A stretch of 64,000 nt of DNA from assembly GCF_036971445.1 (NCBI RefSeq), contig NC_091474.1:37014001-37078000 (forward strand), given 5' to 3'. Position numbers and translations under genes: made by a program. Origin of the DNA: Narcine bancroftii. Taxonomy: Eukaryota. This document shows positions 39,721-52,907 of this stretch, in pieces (the first letter of the stretch is position 1; each line of letters opens with the position of its first letter). Below the pieces are notes generated by a model. It was not told the DNA's origin. It saw nothing but the letters and a program-made list of their open reading frames with translations, and did no database searches.

Positions 39721-40894
39721 CACCTTCTCAATAAATATTGTAACACTTTCTTAATAGCACAAATGCTAAATCAAAAAATGTAAATAAACTACCAAGTTGT
39801 TCATTGCATTAACTAAATACAATTTTGCAAGTTTCAAAACTAAACCAATGTTGACTTGAATATATTCAAAATATTTGTCACAATAGACTTGTTATTTTTT
39901 AATTAAATTTGGATTTTAAAATCAGTTCTGACATGGCTCCTTGGAATGCAGTAATAGTATTGACCAAAGAATGCATATTATAAGACTGTTGAAAAAGGGA
40001 GTGGTAAACCAGGAGTCTGTATGAACATACCCAAAGATTCAAAGATCCCCAACATTAAAGCATTCACAACATTAAAAACGAGACATTAGCCACCTGTTAG
40101 AAAGGTGAATCATGCAAAGAGAGACATAAAGACCTGACAAAGGCTGGAAAAAAAATGTAGTATCCATCGAGATTTCCAAACCTAAATTGCAATGTCTGGT
40201 TTTGATTATGAGCTGCAAAACAACAAATAAAAGCCAATTTTTTAATAATCCCCAGCTGGAAGAATCAAAACAAAACTTCAGCCTCTTTATCTGATTGTCT
40301 GGTTGAAAGCAGGGAAGGTGTATGTAACACACTGATACTGCTCCTCCTGTAGGATTAATCAGTCTCAAATCAGCCCCAAAGCACAGCGTGGGAGAACACA
40401 GTCTGCTGACATCAGGGCAAGCTGTTGATCCTTCTCCCAAGGATTTCTGAAAGAGACTTGGTTAGACTGGACTTAACCATGCATTCAACGTCATGTAACT
40501 GCTGAGATGAAAAGGCAGCCTGAAGAAGGTAGGTGGCATTAGTCAAGTGCAAACTGTCAGAAACTAGAGAGTTGGCCAGGCTGGGGTTGGAGCAAAATCT
40601 AGAGGGAATGGATAGAATTAAGAGGGAAGGAAGGAAATAAGTGAAGAGGTAGAGACATGAGGGGAAGGGAAAACAAGGAAGAAGATTGATACATGGTGAG
40701 GATCAGGACAAGGGAACAGGGTGGGGGGTCCTAAAGTGGCCAGGATTTAGGGAGATGAAGAGTGTATGGGATATGTCCACATTGTACCTGGTGTGCAATG
40801 GACACTGCACAATGAAATAATGCTCACAATTCAGAACTTATGACACAACTTGGAGTTGTGTTATCTTTGATTCTGACTGCAGACAGGAAGAAAG

Positions 40895-41134
40895 TGTAGA
40901 GCTCGTCGAAAGAACCAAAGACTTGTTGATCCAAACCAAGGCTTTTATTAGCAAAAGACCGGAGCTCTTCACAGGTGGCCGACCAGTCCGGAATGATCCG
41001 ACCTGGCTAGGGACACAACCCTTTAAGGCCCAGACAATAGGTGTGGCTTAGCTCTCAGCCAATCGCTGTAAGCACAGTCTAGATACAGTAACTATATACA
41101 CTATGTACATTGGTGATAGATCTGTACTATCACA
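40895..41134 (-). mobile_element. Solo LTR, 240 bp
   Basis: TG...CA termini; 5-bp TSD GAAAG at 40890-40894 and 41135-41139; AATAAA on the minus strand (ttttatt ~40943). Confidence 0.85.
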
Positions 41135-41699
41135 GAAAGGGAGGGAGATTACAAGGGAGGGGGAAGAGACCAGAGAAGGGGAGGAGGAGGAAGGAAAGAG
41201 TGGCGGTGGGGGGGAGGAAAAAACAAAGAAATTTCGGACAACTACCGCTTTTTAAAAATTTCTCTCACTTTATTTGGAACAGTGTGTCTGGGACAGAAGG
41301 AAGAAAAGCCTGACTGCAAATCACCTCCATAACATGAACATTGCTAGATTTAAAAATAAATGCTTCAACACCAGAGTTAGAGCTCTATCAATCAGATACT
41401 TGAATTCTCTTTTCCATGTTATCTTTGGCTCGGTGTGCAGTGATCTCATTGAAAACTTCAGATGTTATTTTATCAAAGTAATTACCCTGCTGTTCAATTC
41501 TTCACTTTCCCAACAAAGATAACTTTTCTGAATCTTTAGAGTAGTGAATCGGGGGTGAGAATTATACCTGTTATTCTTTGCAGATAAAATTAATAAGCTA
41601 CTACTTCCAGGTGACACATGAAGCTCTGCCGACAAGGGATAACATTGAGTGATATGAGAGCAGAGGCATCCAAGAGCATGTCTTATTTGATATGATCTG

Positions 41700-43960
41700 T
41701 TTTATGTGTGTCGGACCCTGGTCGGTCAGTGTCATTCATGTCTTTTGAATATTATAAGGTCTTATTCTAGATTCTCAGGTTATAAGGTTAATTTGATTCT
41801 GCCCTGCATCTGCTTTTTGCCCCAGCCAATTTCATTGGCCGAAGAAGGTCAACAATATTTAGGTATTAATTTACCACGCCCCCCCCCACCAAGTGGAGGA
41901 TTTAGTAAAGGTAAATTTGATCCATTATTGCAGAAAATTTCGTGTCATCTATTTAGATGGTCATCAATGTACTTGTCAATGTCATGAAAAGTAAATGCGT
42001 TGAAGATGTATAGTATTCCAAAGATTAATTTACCTGTTCCAATTGTCACCAGTCAAATTCCATTAACATATTTGAAGCAATTTGATAAAAATAATTAAGC
42101 CTTTTATTTGGAATGGTAAACGCCCACACTTGAAACATGATAAATTACAATTGCCACTTGAAAGAGGGGCCTTAGGTTTCCCACAGATAATGTGCTTTTA
42201 TTATGCTTTTGCGCTGCTGAAGATCCAGCTGCGCTGGATGGGTCACGTCTCCAGAATGGAGGACCATCGCCTTCCCAAGATCGTGTTATATGGCGAGCTC
42301 TCCACTGGCCACCGTGACAGAGGTGCACCAAAGAAAAGGTACAAGGACTGCCTAAAGAAATCTCTTGGTGCCTGCCACATTAACCACCGCCAGTGGGCTG
42401 ATAACGCCTCAAACCGTGCATCTTGGCGCCTCACAGTTTGGCGGGCAGCAACCTCCTTTGAAGAAGACCGCAGAGCCCACCTCACTGACAAAAGGCAAAG
42501 GAGGAAAAACCCAACACCCAACCCCAACCAACCAATTTTCCCCTGCAACCGCTGCAATCGTGTCTGCCTGTCCCGCATCGGACTTGTCAGCCACAAACGA
42601 GCCTGCAGCTGACGTGGACTTTTTACCCCCTCCATGAATCTTCGTCCGCGAAGCCAAGCCAAAGAAAAGAAAAAAAGAAAAAGAAGAAAGAACTCTGAGG
42701 CATTTAGCACATTGGTCTCTCCTTCCAGAGACAGAGAGAGAGCAGAGCACCTCCTTGGTATCATATTGAGTGTTCTGCTCTTCCTCCTATCCCTCCATTA
42801 CAATGTTTGTCTATCAAATTACCTCCTAAGGCAAGATCTCATCCAATCATTTTGCATATGCATTTGTCTGGACCAAGTTAGCCAGATTATTTAAATTTAA
42901 TTCATATTTGAATGAAGCCTCGAGTATTTGGATGAATCCAAAGTTGTGCAATTGATAAATCCCCTTTTTTCTGGAGGGAATGGCAAGGGAAAGGTATAAT
43001 TAAATTGGGAGACTTTTATAATGGTGACAGTTTCAAATCTTTTAATGCAACAGAATGATAGTTCTAGGTCACAATTTTGGAACTATCTTCAATTACGTCA
43101 TGTGCTACGACAACTTTTAGTTCTACACAGCAACCCCCACAAGTTGCTACGATATCGTCTACTGTACTGGCTGCGCATAGTAAAGGTCACGAAGCCTCGT
43201 TTTATGATTCAGCCTCAACACAGATCTCAGGGGATAAACTTCTGTTGGGTCTTAAAAGAGCATGGGAAATAGACCTGAGTGTGGTTTTTGAGAAAGAAGA
43301 ATGGGACAAAATTTGTAAAAATATCAAAATAATATCAAGAGACCTGAGAGTATGACTAATTCATTTTAAGATTCTGCACCATTTTTATTGGACTCTGGCA
43401 AGTTATATCGATTAAGGTTGAATGCTGATGCTGTGAGGTGGATAAAGAGGACTTAGTATGTGCACTTTGGTCTTGTCCCAGAAGACAAGAATTTTGGATT
43501 ATGATACTTAAGTATGTTGGTGAAGTTTCAGGTATTCAAATTCCTTTTTTACCCCAGACTCTTTATTTTTGGAAACACATGTAGGTTATTTGGGGATAAA
43601 TACTCTCAAACTTGGATTCAGACAAGCATCAATCATAGGAAGACAATTATATGTAGAGGTTGGAAGAATTTGGGGGTGGGGGGGACTCAGAAATGGTCAA
43701 AGTGGCAGCATTTCAATGCATGTCTTACAAACAGTTTGATAAATTGGACATTTATACACCAAAATGGAGCAGATATCAAGGTTTCCTGGGGGTGGGGGAG
43801 AATAGTGGTGGATGTATTGGTGAACCATATTAATGAACAGCAGTTTTTTTCTGTTATTAGAGGTCTAAATAGACACGTATAGCTATTATTTTGATACTTT
43901 TTGCTGCCATGTTTGTTTCTATTCTCTGGATAAGTTTCTGTTTTGTAACTTTAACACTGA
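41700..43960 (+). mobile_element. Decayed L1/Tx1 LINE 3' half, interrupted by RTE copy 3
   Basis: YSRFSGYKVN, FIWNGKRP..KLQLPLERGALGFP..YYAF | TLRHLAHWSL, SQFWNYLQLRH, LKRAWEIDL..EEWDKIC..SRDLRV. Confidence 0.85.
42212..42691 (+). mobile_element. Young RTE LINE, short 3' copy 3 (no TSD seen)
   Basis: Near-identical to the 3' ~450 bp of copies 1 and 2, with a long A/G tail. Confidence 0.95.
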
Positions 43961-44604
43961 CTCAAGTGAATGAATTGAATAGATTAAATGAATTTATTTA
44001 ATGCACTAATTGAATACAATGTATTAACAATGAATGCATTAAATAGGAGAGAGTCTGCTATTCTGAAATTTTGGCCACACGGCGAGGAAGGGATCCAATA
44101 ATTTAAATGAATTTACATTACCACTTTCAAGAGGACAATCTCAGAGATTTATACGTTCACTCAACATTTAAGGCACCTCACAGAACTCAGATATATTTGG
44201 CATGATGATGAACTTCGCTAAACTGATATGGATCTCCCATGCTTATGCTCTTTTCTCCCACAGTATTTCAAAAAGGTTTCTAGGGGAGGATAGGTACTTT
44301 CAATCTGATGTAAAACACTCTTGTCTTTGTAATACAATGTTTTAGTTTATGGGGTCCAGAAGTACAATGCTGGCTTTTTTTTAGAAGAAAAGAAATATTT
44401 TTGAATGGCACATCAGTAGTTCAGAAGACTACGTGGTGAAGAAGGCAATTCAGTTCATTTACTCTACATTGGCTCTGCTTACAAAAAAACACAAATCGAA
44501 CTACTGCCCACTTTCTTCAAGTCTAATTTTCTTTCTCTGCTTCACGTATTTATAAAATTTTCCATTTAAAATGTTATTTAATTCAACCAATTTTTAACAT
44601 TTTT

Positions 44605-44845
44605 TTGGCACAGTAACAGGCCATTTCGGCCCAAGAGTCTCTGCCACCGAATTACAGTTAATTAACCTACACACTCCAGTATGTTTTGAACGGTGGGAGG
44701 AAACCAGAGCCCCCAGGGAAAACCCATGCAGACACGGGGACAATGTACCGACTCCTTACAGACAACGCGGGATTCGAATCCAGGTCCCAAATGCTGGCGC
44801 TGTAAAGGAGTTGCGCTAACTGCTATGTCAATCACGCCGCCCCTT
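44605..44845 (-). mobile_element. tRNA-derived SINE (HE1/V-SINE-like)
   Basis: B box GGATTCGAATC (~44771-44781, minus); same core and tail as the 36125 copy. Confidence 0.85.
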
Positions 44846-45279
44846 GCAGGAAAGCAACTATATTGCAGAATAAAACAAGCACACTGTAACTGAATCGTTC
44901 CTTTGTACTATATGTAATTTTTAATTGATGACACCTACATAACATCCCACAAGCAGATGAAATATTCTCTTTTCACCATAAATTTTCTTATGAAATCTTC
45001 AGCTGAATTCCTTCGTAACCTCCTCCACTCCAACAGAAATAATTTCTACATTTTAAATCACTCTTCTCATTTCCATCTTCACTTCAACCTGCTCTCTTCC
45101 TTTTACTTGGCATATCCATGGTTCTCATGCTTTAAAAAAAAAATTAGACAGCCAAACAACACAAAACATAATGTATATAATATATATATTATAAATAGTT
45201 TAACAATACTGGCATGTTTTTCCCCTGGGAAATGCCAGCAAATCCATAAGAGATGATGATAAATTTCTCCACAGGAGTG

Positions 45280-46200
45280 ACAGAAAGTTTTCCCCTGTGA
45301 ACATAGAAGTCTCCACAACTCCTTCCTCACCACCAATCCAGGTCCCAAACAGTCCTTCCAAGTGAAGCAACACTTCACTTTGTGAATCAGCAGGGATCAT
45401 CTACTGCATCCAGTGCTCCCATTGTGATCTCCTCTGCATTGGAGAGATTGGACATAGACTGGGAAATCGCTTCATTGAGAAGCTCGACTTTGTTTGTCAG
45501 AATAGCAGGGACTTCCCAGTGGTCACCCATTTCAATTCCCTGCCCTTTTCACTTGCTGACATGTCTGTCCATGATCTCATGCACGGCCAGACTGAGACAA
45601 TGTGCAAATCGAAAAAATAACACCTTATATTCCACCTGGCCACCCTCCAACCAATGGTGTTAACATTGACCTCCTCTTTCTGTTAGCCACGCCCCCAACT
45701 TTTCCTATGTCTCTTTTTATAATTTAAATTTAGGCCTAGAGCACTGTAACAGGCCTATTTGGCCCTACGAGTCGGTGCCACCCAATTTACGCCCCATTAA
45801 CCTACACCCCAGTATGTTTTTGAAGGGTGGGTGGAATCTAGAGCCTCCGGAAAAAAACCCACGCAGAACATAAAACTCCTTTGGGACAGCTATCTCTCTC
45901 TCTCTACCCTTTTCCATTGGTCTCCTTTCCTCCATCACTGCTTCCACAGAATTAAACCCCCCCCCCCACCCCATCGTTTCTCACCTGCATCCCATCCATA
46001 TCTCATTTATACTTTTTTGTCTGTTGATTTATAATCCTCCCTCTGCCTATTCTTCCCTTCTCCCCAGCCTTTTAATTCAGGCACCCAGTCAATTTTTACT
46101 CAGATGTTAAAAAAGGCTCAGGCTCAAAACGTTGGTTATATATCTTTACCCTCTATGTATGTTAAGAGACCTGCTAAGTTCCTACAATCACAGTTTCTGC
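45280..46200 (+). mobile_element. Penelope-like element 3' part (GIY-YIG endonuclease remnant plus pseudo-LTR), interrupted by a SINE fragment at ~45720-45888
   Basis: GPKQSFQVKQHF..CESAGIIYCIQCSHCDLLCIGEIGHRLGNRF (GIY-YIG with CxxC) and VTHFNS; 3' ggctcaggctcaaaacgttggttatatatctttacc. Confidence 0.8.
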
Positions 46201-46579
46201 AAACTTTCATGTTTCAGTCCAAACTACAGACGGGGATTAAAGTTGATCAGCTTTTCAGAGTCCCTTAGAATAAATAATAGAATAACAAACATTTTACATT
46301 CATTACTTTACTGTTTTTGAATTTTTACAATATACCTAAAAAAAAAGCTTTAAAACCTTTTAGTACTTATCAAGTGCTTGGATGCTGCACTTAAACTCAG
46401 AGACATTCAGCCCTTTTTGAGGACCAACAGACAGGCAAAGCAGGAATTGCTGATTAAAAAACATTTCTCTGGGCAAGATTTGTTCCGCTACCACCATGCA
46501 ATACTATCTCATTGGAAGGCTTGCACAGAAGATGATCTAGTTAAACAGGATTTGGACAGCTTCTGCAAGGAAGCACTCT

Positions 46580-46690
46580 GAAAATGCTGGAATCTGGACT
46601 AAACCTGCTGGAGTAACTCAGTGGGTCAGGCAGCCCCTGCGGAGTGTAAGGAATGGTCAAAGTTTTGGGTCGAGACCCTGCATCAGGACT
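46580..46690 (-). mobile_element. Penelope-derived short repeat
   Basis: Minus strand reads CTGATGCAGGGTCTCGACCCAAAAC...GCTGCCTGACCCACTGAGTTACTCCAGCA. Related pieces at ~2290, 12430, 13940, 15895, 37355, 47040 and 61300. Confidence 0.7.
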
Positions 46691-49204
46691 TCAAATATTT
46701 AAAGCTTTTAAGATGAAGAATAAAAGATCCATAAAATGGAACATTGTTTTCACCTCTTGGTCAGTCTGAAATATTTTGTTCATCAAATCAGCTGTTTTAG
46801 GATACCTGAAACTATGATGTGAGTTTACACTTGGCATGAAGTAAAGTCCAATTTTACTTGTTTTCTTGTCATGAAGTAGTCAGGAATTGATAAATTCCAA
46901 TAAATACAACTTTCTGCTCATTTATATACCTGACAGAAAAATAAACCAGCTTATCACTTTCTAAATGCAGCTTGCAAGCACTTCAGAACAATCTCCACAA
47001 AGAGGAGGAAAACCACATTGTGTACATATGCATGAATGCTGTAGGAACAGCATAGGAGGTAAAAATATAGCTTTACCTCCTATAGACGCTGCATGGCCTG
47101 CTGAGTTCCTCCAGCATTTTTGTGCTTTTACTACTGATGCACCATCAATAATCACAAAAGATTGAAGTTGTAAAACTGATAAGCTTTTATTAACTATAGA
47201 CTGGAACAGCCATCAACCTCACCAAGGCAGAGTGGAATGGGGAGCATGCAAAGGGTTACAGGTAGGATCAGTCTGGGTGTAGTAGTTACACTCCTGTCAA
47301 GGTATAAAAAGTACTACCAAACCACAAAGTACAACATACACAGAATTTATTCATGTCACACCAGTAGAAATGAGCAGTATTTAGTGGTGGGTAGATAAAT
47401 TCACCTCACTAATACTGGTGAATCTCATTCAAGACCTCAGTCAGATGGTACAATATTTAAGGTATTTTCTTGCATAGAAATTAGATAACATTTCTTCGAA
47501 CATTGTTTTACATCTTGCATATCTCCTTTCTAAAGACAGGGAAATGGCTTGAAGTCAATCACTTATTTGCATGTACAAGACATAATTATACAAAATTAAC
47601 AGAAGTCTGGAAGAGTTGCTCCCAGTATTCATCGACATCAGTTCTCTGCCGGCCTAATGTCTGGGTTTTAATTAACATGTGCAATACCTGGTTTCACACT
47701 AATTTTATGTCATTACAGTTAACAATGGAGAGTGAAATTTCTGGGCAGAAATAATATTGAATTGGGACTGGGCTCGCGCCGTCAAAGTCACTGGGTGCGT
47801 TCTACAGCCTTTGACAATTCAAATCATGTCTGACAGGTAGTAGAATCAATCAGCTGCGTTTGGCGGGAAACTGCTTTATGAATGAGCTGTCTGCTGACTG
47901 GATCAGTAGTCAGTTAGGACTACTGTGTTAAAGACATTAAGGAATCTGGAGCCCGGGGTTTCTGTGATTGCTCTGAGATGACATGGGCAGAAATGATAAT
48001 TGATTCTAATTCCCTGTCTGGAAGGTTTGCTAGCCTAAAACTTGTATCTTTCCTAGCCTGTTGACCAGAAGCCTATGACTTTATTTGCATTACTGAGTAA
48101 AATCTCTGCTGGTTTTCTCATAATTGATATTTGTAGCTAGCATATGAACACAAACTTCTACATCGGGAAGCATGTCCAGCCGGCAGCAGCCAATCATGGC
48201 ATAACAGTGGTTTACCACAACTACATTCAAGTGATGGTAAACCTTCGTGTTTCATACACATTGTTACTGTGTGCAACCAGTAATCCTAATGGCAACTTCC
48301 ACTGATATCCCAGCCACCAGGTTGAAGACATTAAAAACATAAGCAGCTCCAGAAGGAGCCTAATTTTCCCCTTATATTTGCCACAAAACATTATAAATAA
48401 ATTACGATTCTTGTTCCACGTTGACATTTAGATCCATTTTATCATCATAATACACTAGTATTAGTCCATTTAGATTTTGCAAATATAAATCTATAACAGG
48501 AAAGATTAATGCATGAGATTCAATTATGATGTATTGAAGGAAGTGAAATGTTTTCATTTCATGTGCAAATGCTGATTGGCTCAAAAGATTTAAAGCTTGT
48601 GACTGTGCTTTGTTACAATGCCATACAGTCCAATTCAAATCTGCTAAATGCAGTGAATATTTTCCACCTACAGTTGCCCACATGGCATGAGTCAACTTAC
48701 AGAAAGCTGAAACTCTAGCTCCATCTTTCTGAATAGTTAAGTGTTTCCACAGACCCAGTTGTCAGGACCTATAATCTCAACATCGGATTTGCAATCAGCA
48801 TGCAGAGCAACACACTTTAAATTTCATAATAATGACATCACCTGAAAGAAAATACAAGGGCCTCTTCAAATGTGCAAGCAATAATTGTTTGCAAACCAAT
48901 TTAAACATGCAGAATGAGATTTCAAAATAAGTATATGACTGACATTTCAATGCTCTGCAATGTACTCACTGAAGTCACATTTCATTAGAATACTGTGCAT
49001 TTTGGGTGAAATTTAATGCTTTAATTTGATCCCATGGAAATTACATGAGGTCATACCATAATTTGATCTCCTGTTATTAGTTTAGTTTCAGGCTGTCTTT
49101 TGTAATGTCTTGTACCTCATTTCAACTGTGCCTGGTGCTTCTTCCATCATGTTACATTGTACTCCTCATCGAGCCAGGATTGATACTCTGACTTGCTAGG
49201 AGTG

Positions 49205-49645
49205 GGCTCTTTTAAACTGCAGCACCTGGGTACCCTCCTGGGACTCGGGTGCGATTACTGGGGCAAAGATGCTGGAAGCACCTTTTAAACTGCAGGGGAA
49301 ATCGACCCATTAAACCACCAACCCGGTGCTGCAATCGTTGAGCCATCATGGCGAACCAGAGTAGCATTCGCAGCAGTGGCAGTTTGTGCCCCCCCCCCCC
49401 CCCAACTGCAGCTACCTCTCTTCCCCTGCTTGTGGCGGGCACTTCAGCCAGGGGTTTCCCTGTGATGCTAGCACACAAGCACTGACATCCTGTTCAAGTC
49501 GCTGGTGGACCCGACCTAGTTAAGTTTAACTGGGTTCCCTGACTATCTCTGAGGAAGGTCAGGAGCAAGGTTGGATTAGGACTACACTAACCAGGTCAGA
49601 CCCTTTGCCCGGTTAACCCCATTTTACATGGCAGTTTGAAGGGCC
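49205..49645. mobile_element. PIF/Harbinger-like MITE
   Basis: Imperfect TIRs GGCTCTTTTAAACTGC / GCAGTTTGAAGGGCC, a GC-rich interior and an internal repeat of the TIR core at ~49281. TSD unclear. Confidence 0.65.
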
Positions 49646-50569
49646 TAGAGTTAGAGTGAAGGATATGCTAGGCATTGGGGTGAGGGATTTGTGATGATGC
49701 ACATTTTTGCTACTCCTGATAGTTCCAGCATCCCATGCTAGATTCGTGCTGTCTGTTCCTTTCAGCACAAATGGAGTCATGATTTCAGTGGATGCGCAAT
49801 TTGTGCTCCTGCACAACATTATAATGCTTTCAATGGATGCAGACATACTTCCCCCCACACCACCCCGCCCCCCCCCGCCCCAAACAAAGCTAAAAGTGTT
49901 GTTATTAAGTTCTAAGAAAGAAATGCAGGATATAAATATTGCTTAAAAAGCTGTAGATGCCAATTATGCAACCATTTAACTCTGAAGGTTTTCATGAATA
50001 GAAAACCATTATGCTCACGAATGTCAATGAACAATATGTGCAATACATTAGAGAAAATACAAAATCCTTTGTGCAACAAACAATGGAAAGCAAAACAATC
50101 TTCAGAAAAACAGAATGTAGACCCCAGGAATATGCCAACATGTTATCATTTAACATTTGGTTACTTCCATTTTATCTACCCAAGTTAAAAGTACGCAAAT
50201 CCACTTGAAACAAGACCAATTATGGAAGAACAAATCAAGCTGCGACCTCAACTATTTCCATGGGGGTGAATAAAAGGCATTAAATTTCTGGCAATATGTG
50301 TTTAAGGCCAGCCTACATTTGGGTAAGGTCCATTCTTTTAACATCAAAGCAACTTAAGTCTGATCTTTTGAAATACATAACTAATTTATTCGATCAACAA
50401 CATAAATGGCATCAATCAATTGACAGAGACTCCATTTAAAAGACTAAATGCAGCTTTTAAAGTTTTTTTTTAAAGTCACCCTGATATTAGAAATAGTAAG
50501 TGACCAAATGGAGCTAAACCTCTCATTTTTGGTGCAATTACATCTCATCTGATCATTTACTGACCCAAA

Positions 50570-50762
50570 GAGGGTGGTGAATTTTTGGAGTTCTCTACCT
50601 AATACAGTTCTGGGAGCTCAATTGTTACATTCATCCAAGAGAGAGATTGATAGACATGAAGGGATATGGGGATGGTGCTGGAAAATGGTAATGGGATAGA
50701 AGATTTTGATGAATGGTGGAGCATGCTCCAAGGACCAGAGAGTCTACTCCTACTTCTTGTGC
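50570..50762 (+). mobile_element. CR1 3' end fragment
   Basis: agagggtggtgaatttttggagttctctacc...gagattgataga...gaatggtggagcatgctc...ctactcctacttctt. Confidence 0.7.
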
Positions 50763-51309
50763 TCCTTTGAGATACTTCACCACATGAATGCTGCACCGCT
50801 GCTTCATTTCCTGGAGGCTGTCTTGCAAATAACAAAATAGATTGATGGATTGACCAGTGAACCCATTTCCTTTTTATGTTCCCTTCCTGCAAAGTCACTT
50901 CAAGAAATGTACACAGACAGGTTTTCCACAGGTATATAGGTAAATGACAATGCTCATACTTCTCTTCATAAACAAAACTACCCTTGGATGACAGAGTACC
51001 TTGAATGGTAGCTGGATATTACCCAAACCAATGGCCAAGTTATCACACTCTGATACAACATAGACAGTACTTCCTTTTGGAAGTCAAGCATGAAAACTCA
51101 CACACATCTTGCTCTGCAACAAATCCTCTTTTAAACTGACTGTATTTGATTGCTTTCTTGATTGGCAATGTTCACACATTATTCTTTCCCAGTTTTCTTC
51201 CAACTACATATTGTCATAAAAGATGCCTATTATTTAATATATTTAAAGCTTATAAAGTTATTTCTGCTCCAACTGAACAACATATCTAGAGAAAATGTCC
51301 TATAAATTG

Positions 51310-51901
51310 CCGTATATTTCGGCATAGAATTCGTGAAATCCTAAAGATTTTCTTAAAAATGTTAGGGGGGTGGGGGGAGAGTAGATTTATACACCAGATA
51401 TACTTTTAAGACCTTAAATTCCCTGAAAAAAAAGATTGATGTCAATTCGACGTATAAGTTGATGCTGGAAGCACCTCCCCACTGCCGCCGCTCCCCAGCA
51501 CCTCCCCAACGCTGGGTGCTGCCTTAACTGCTTCTAGCTGGGAACTTGAGGTCGCCACTCCAGCCTGGTAGGTCAAGGTTCCTACTCCCACTGGGAGCAC
51601 GATGTCAGTGCTCCAGCTCCATGGCCCATCGCCGCTGCTCCCTGGTAGGCCGAGGTTTCTACTACCGCCGGGAGTACGATGTCACCATTCCAGCTCTGTG
51701 GGCCATCGTTGCTCCTGCCCGGTGAGACAAGATTTTTTTTTAAAAACATATTTAATTTACAGCTTTGTTACTTCCGATTGGCGTGTCCTGGGAGGCCCAG
51801 ACAGCCTGAAAAATGGGAGTTGACTCTTATGCTGTATATACCATAAAACCCTTAAAATTATGCTGAAAAATGGGAGTCAACTTATTTACTGAAATATACA
51901 A
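51310..51901. mobile_element. Tc1/mariner-pogo (Tc2-like) MITE
   Basis: Degenerate TIRs CCGTATATTTCGGCATAG / TTATTTACTGAAATATACA; duplicated subterminal ctgaaaaatgggagt; GC-rich interior with short direct repeats. Confidence 0.6.
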
Positions 51902-51917
51902 TATATAATTTGTATAC

Positions 51918-52350
51918 TGTTAGGTCTGCTTTGTTCATGAATGAGTGAGACAAACACCAGGCTGAGTCGAAATCAGGGTTCTTTGTTCTTTATTACCGGA
52001 TTGTAACACTTGCGACTAAACATGTTAGTCGGAGAATGCATTCTGCCGTTATCAGCAAAATGGTGATTTTTTATACCCTTGGATATGTGCTTAGAACATC
52101 ATCATATCATTACTTGTCCAATGACTAAAACTGTTGCTATCCTTTCCCTGCTAGCTTCCTGCCTCTCAATCCATCAATGTCTCTCTTATCTTGTAAGTAC
52201 AAGGATGCATTTACATCTTGTTACAGCCCTGTACATTCCCATCTCATGATGTTTTACCTAACAGGAGTACAAGGACACCTCCCCTTCTTGTTACTGCCCT
52301 GTACAGGGTAACTCCCTACACATTCCCATCTCATGATGTTTTAGCTTACA
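51918..52350 (-). mobile_element. Solo LTR, 433 bp, about 1 kb upstream of the first BPI/LBP coding exon
   Basis: TGTTAGG...GCTTACA termini; 4-bp TSD ATAC at 51914-51917 and 52351-52354; minus-strand AATAAA and TATAAAA; internal tandem duplication. Confidence 0.85.
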
Positions 52351-52836
52351 ATACTTTTCTCCATCTAACATTAAGATAGCTTTCAACATAGAGAATGAAA
52401 AGTTCTATAATTTGCAGATTTCATCCCAGGAAACGTCATCATGATCAGAATGGACCTCCAATGACCAGAATGCAAGATTTGCAGTGTCATCTCATGGACA
52501 TTTTGATATCTGAATGCAAGGAAAAAAAATTACACCAACTTCAAATGTATATTTGAACATGATATGGTTGTGACAGCTGCAATCAGTTTTACGAAAAAAA
52601 ACAAATAACATACAAATCAAGAGCATTAAGTTTAAGCATCAAATTATGCATAAGATGGACTCAATGTTAAAATAGATTGGGAGCCTATAGCACACTTTAA
52701 AAAATGACTGAATTCACTTCATTGCCTATCTCATCAATTCATAGAAATTCTCTTTTACAGTCTTGAACAGTATTTGGGATGTCTCAAGGAGTGAAGTTCA
52801 TGATGCTCTCGTCGGTTATGAGCATTGGTAATTTGA

Positions 52837-52907
52837 ACAAGCCTGCAGCAGACGTGGACATACCCCTCCATAAATCTTCATCTGCGAAGCCAAGCCAAAG
52901 AAGAAAG
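52837..52907 (+). mobile_element. RTE LINE extreme 3' fragment (second subfamily)
   Basis: gcctgcagcagacgtggacatacccctccataaatcttc...aagccaagccaaagaagaaag; 7-bp TSD AATTTGA at 52830-52836 and 52908-52914. Confidence 0.88.

Noticed and set aside
46378-46581. Protein-like 67-aa ORF
   Set aside because: TTG start, no convincing splice sites, no family recognised.
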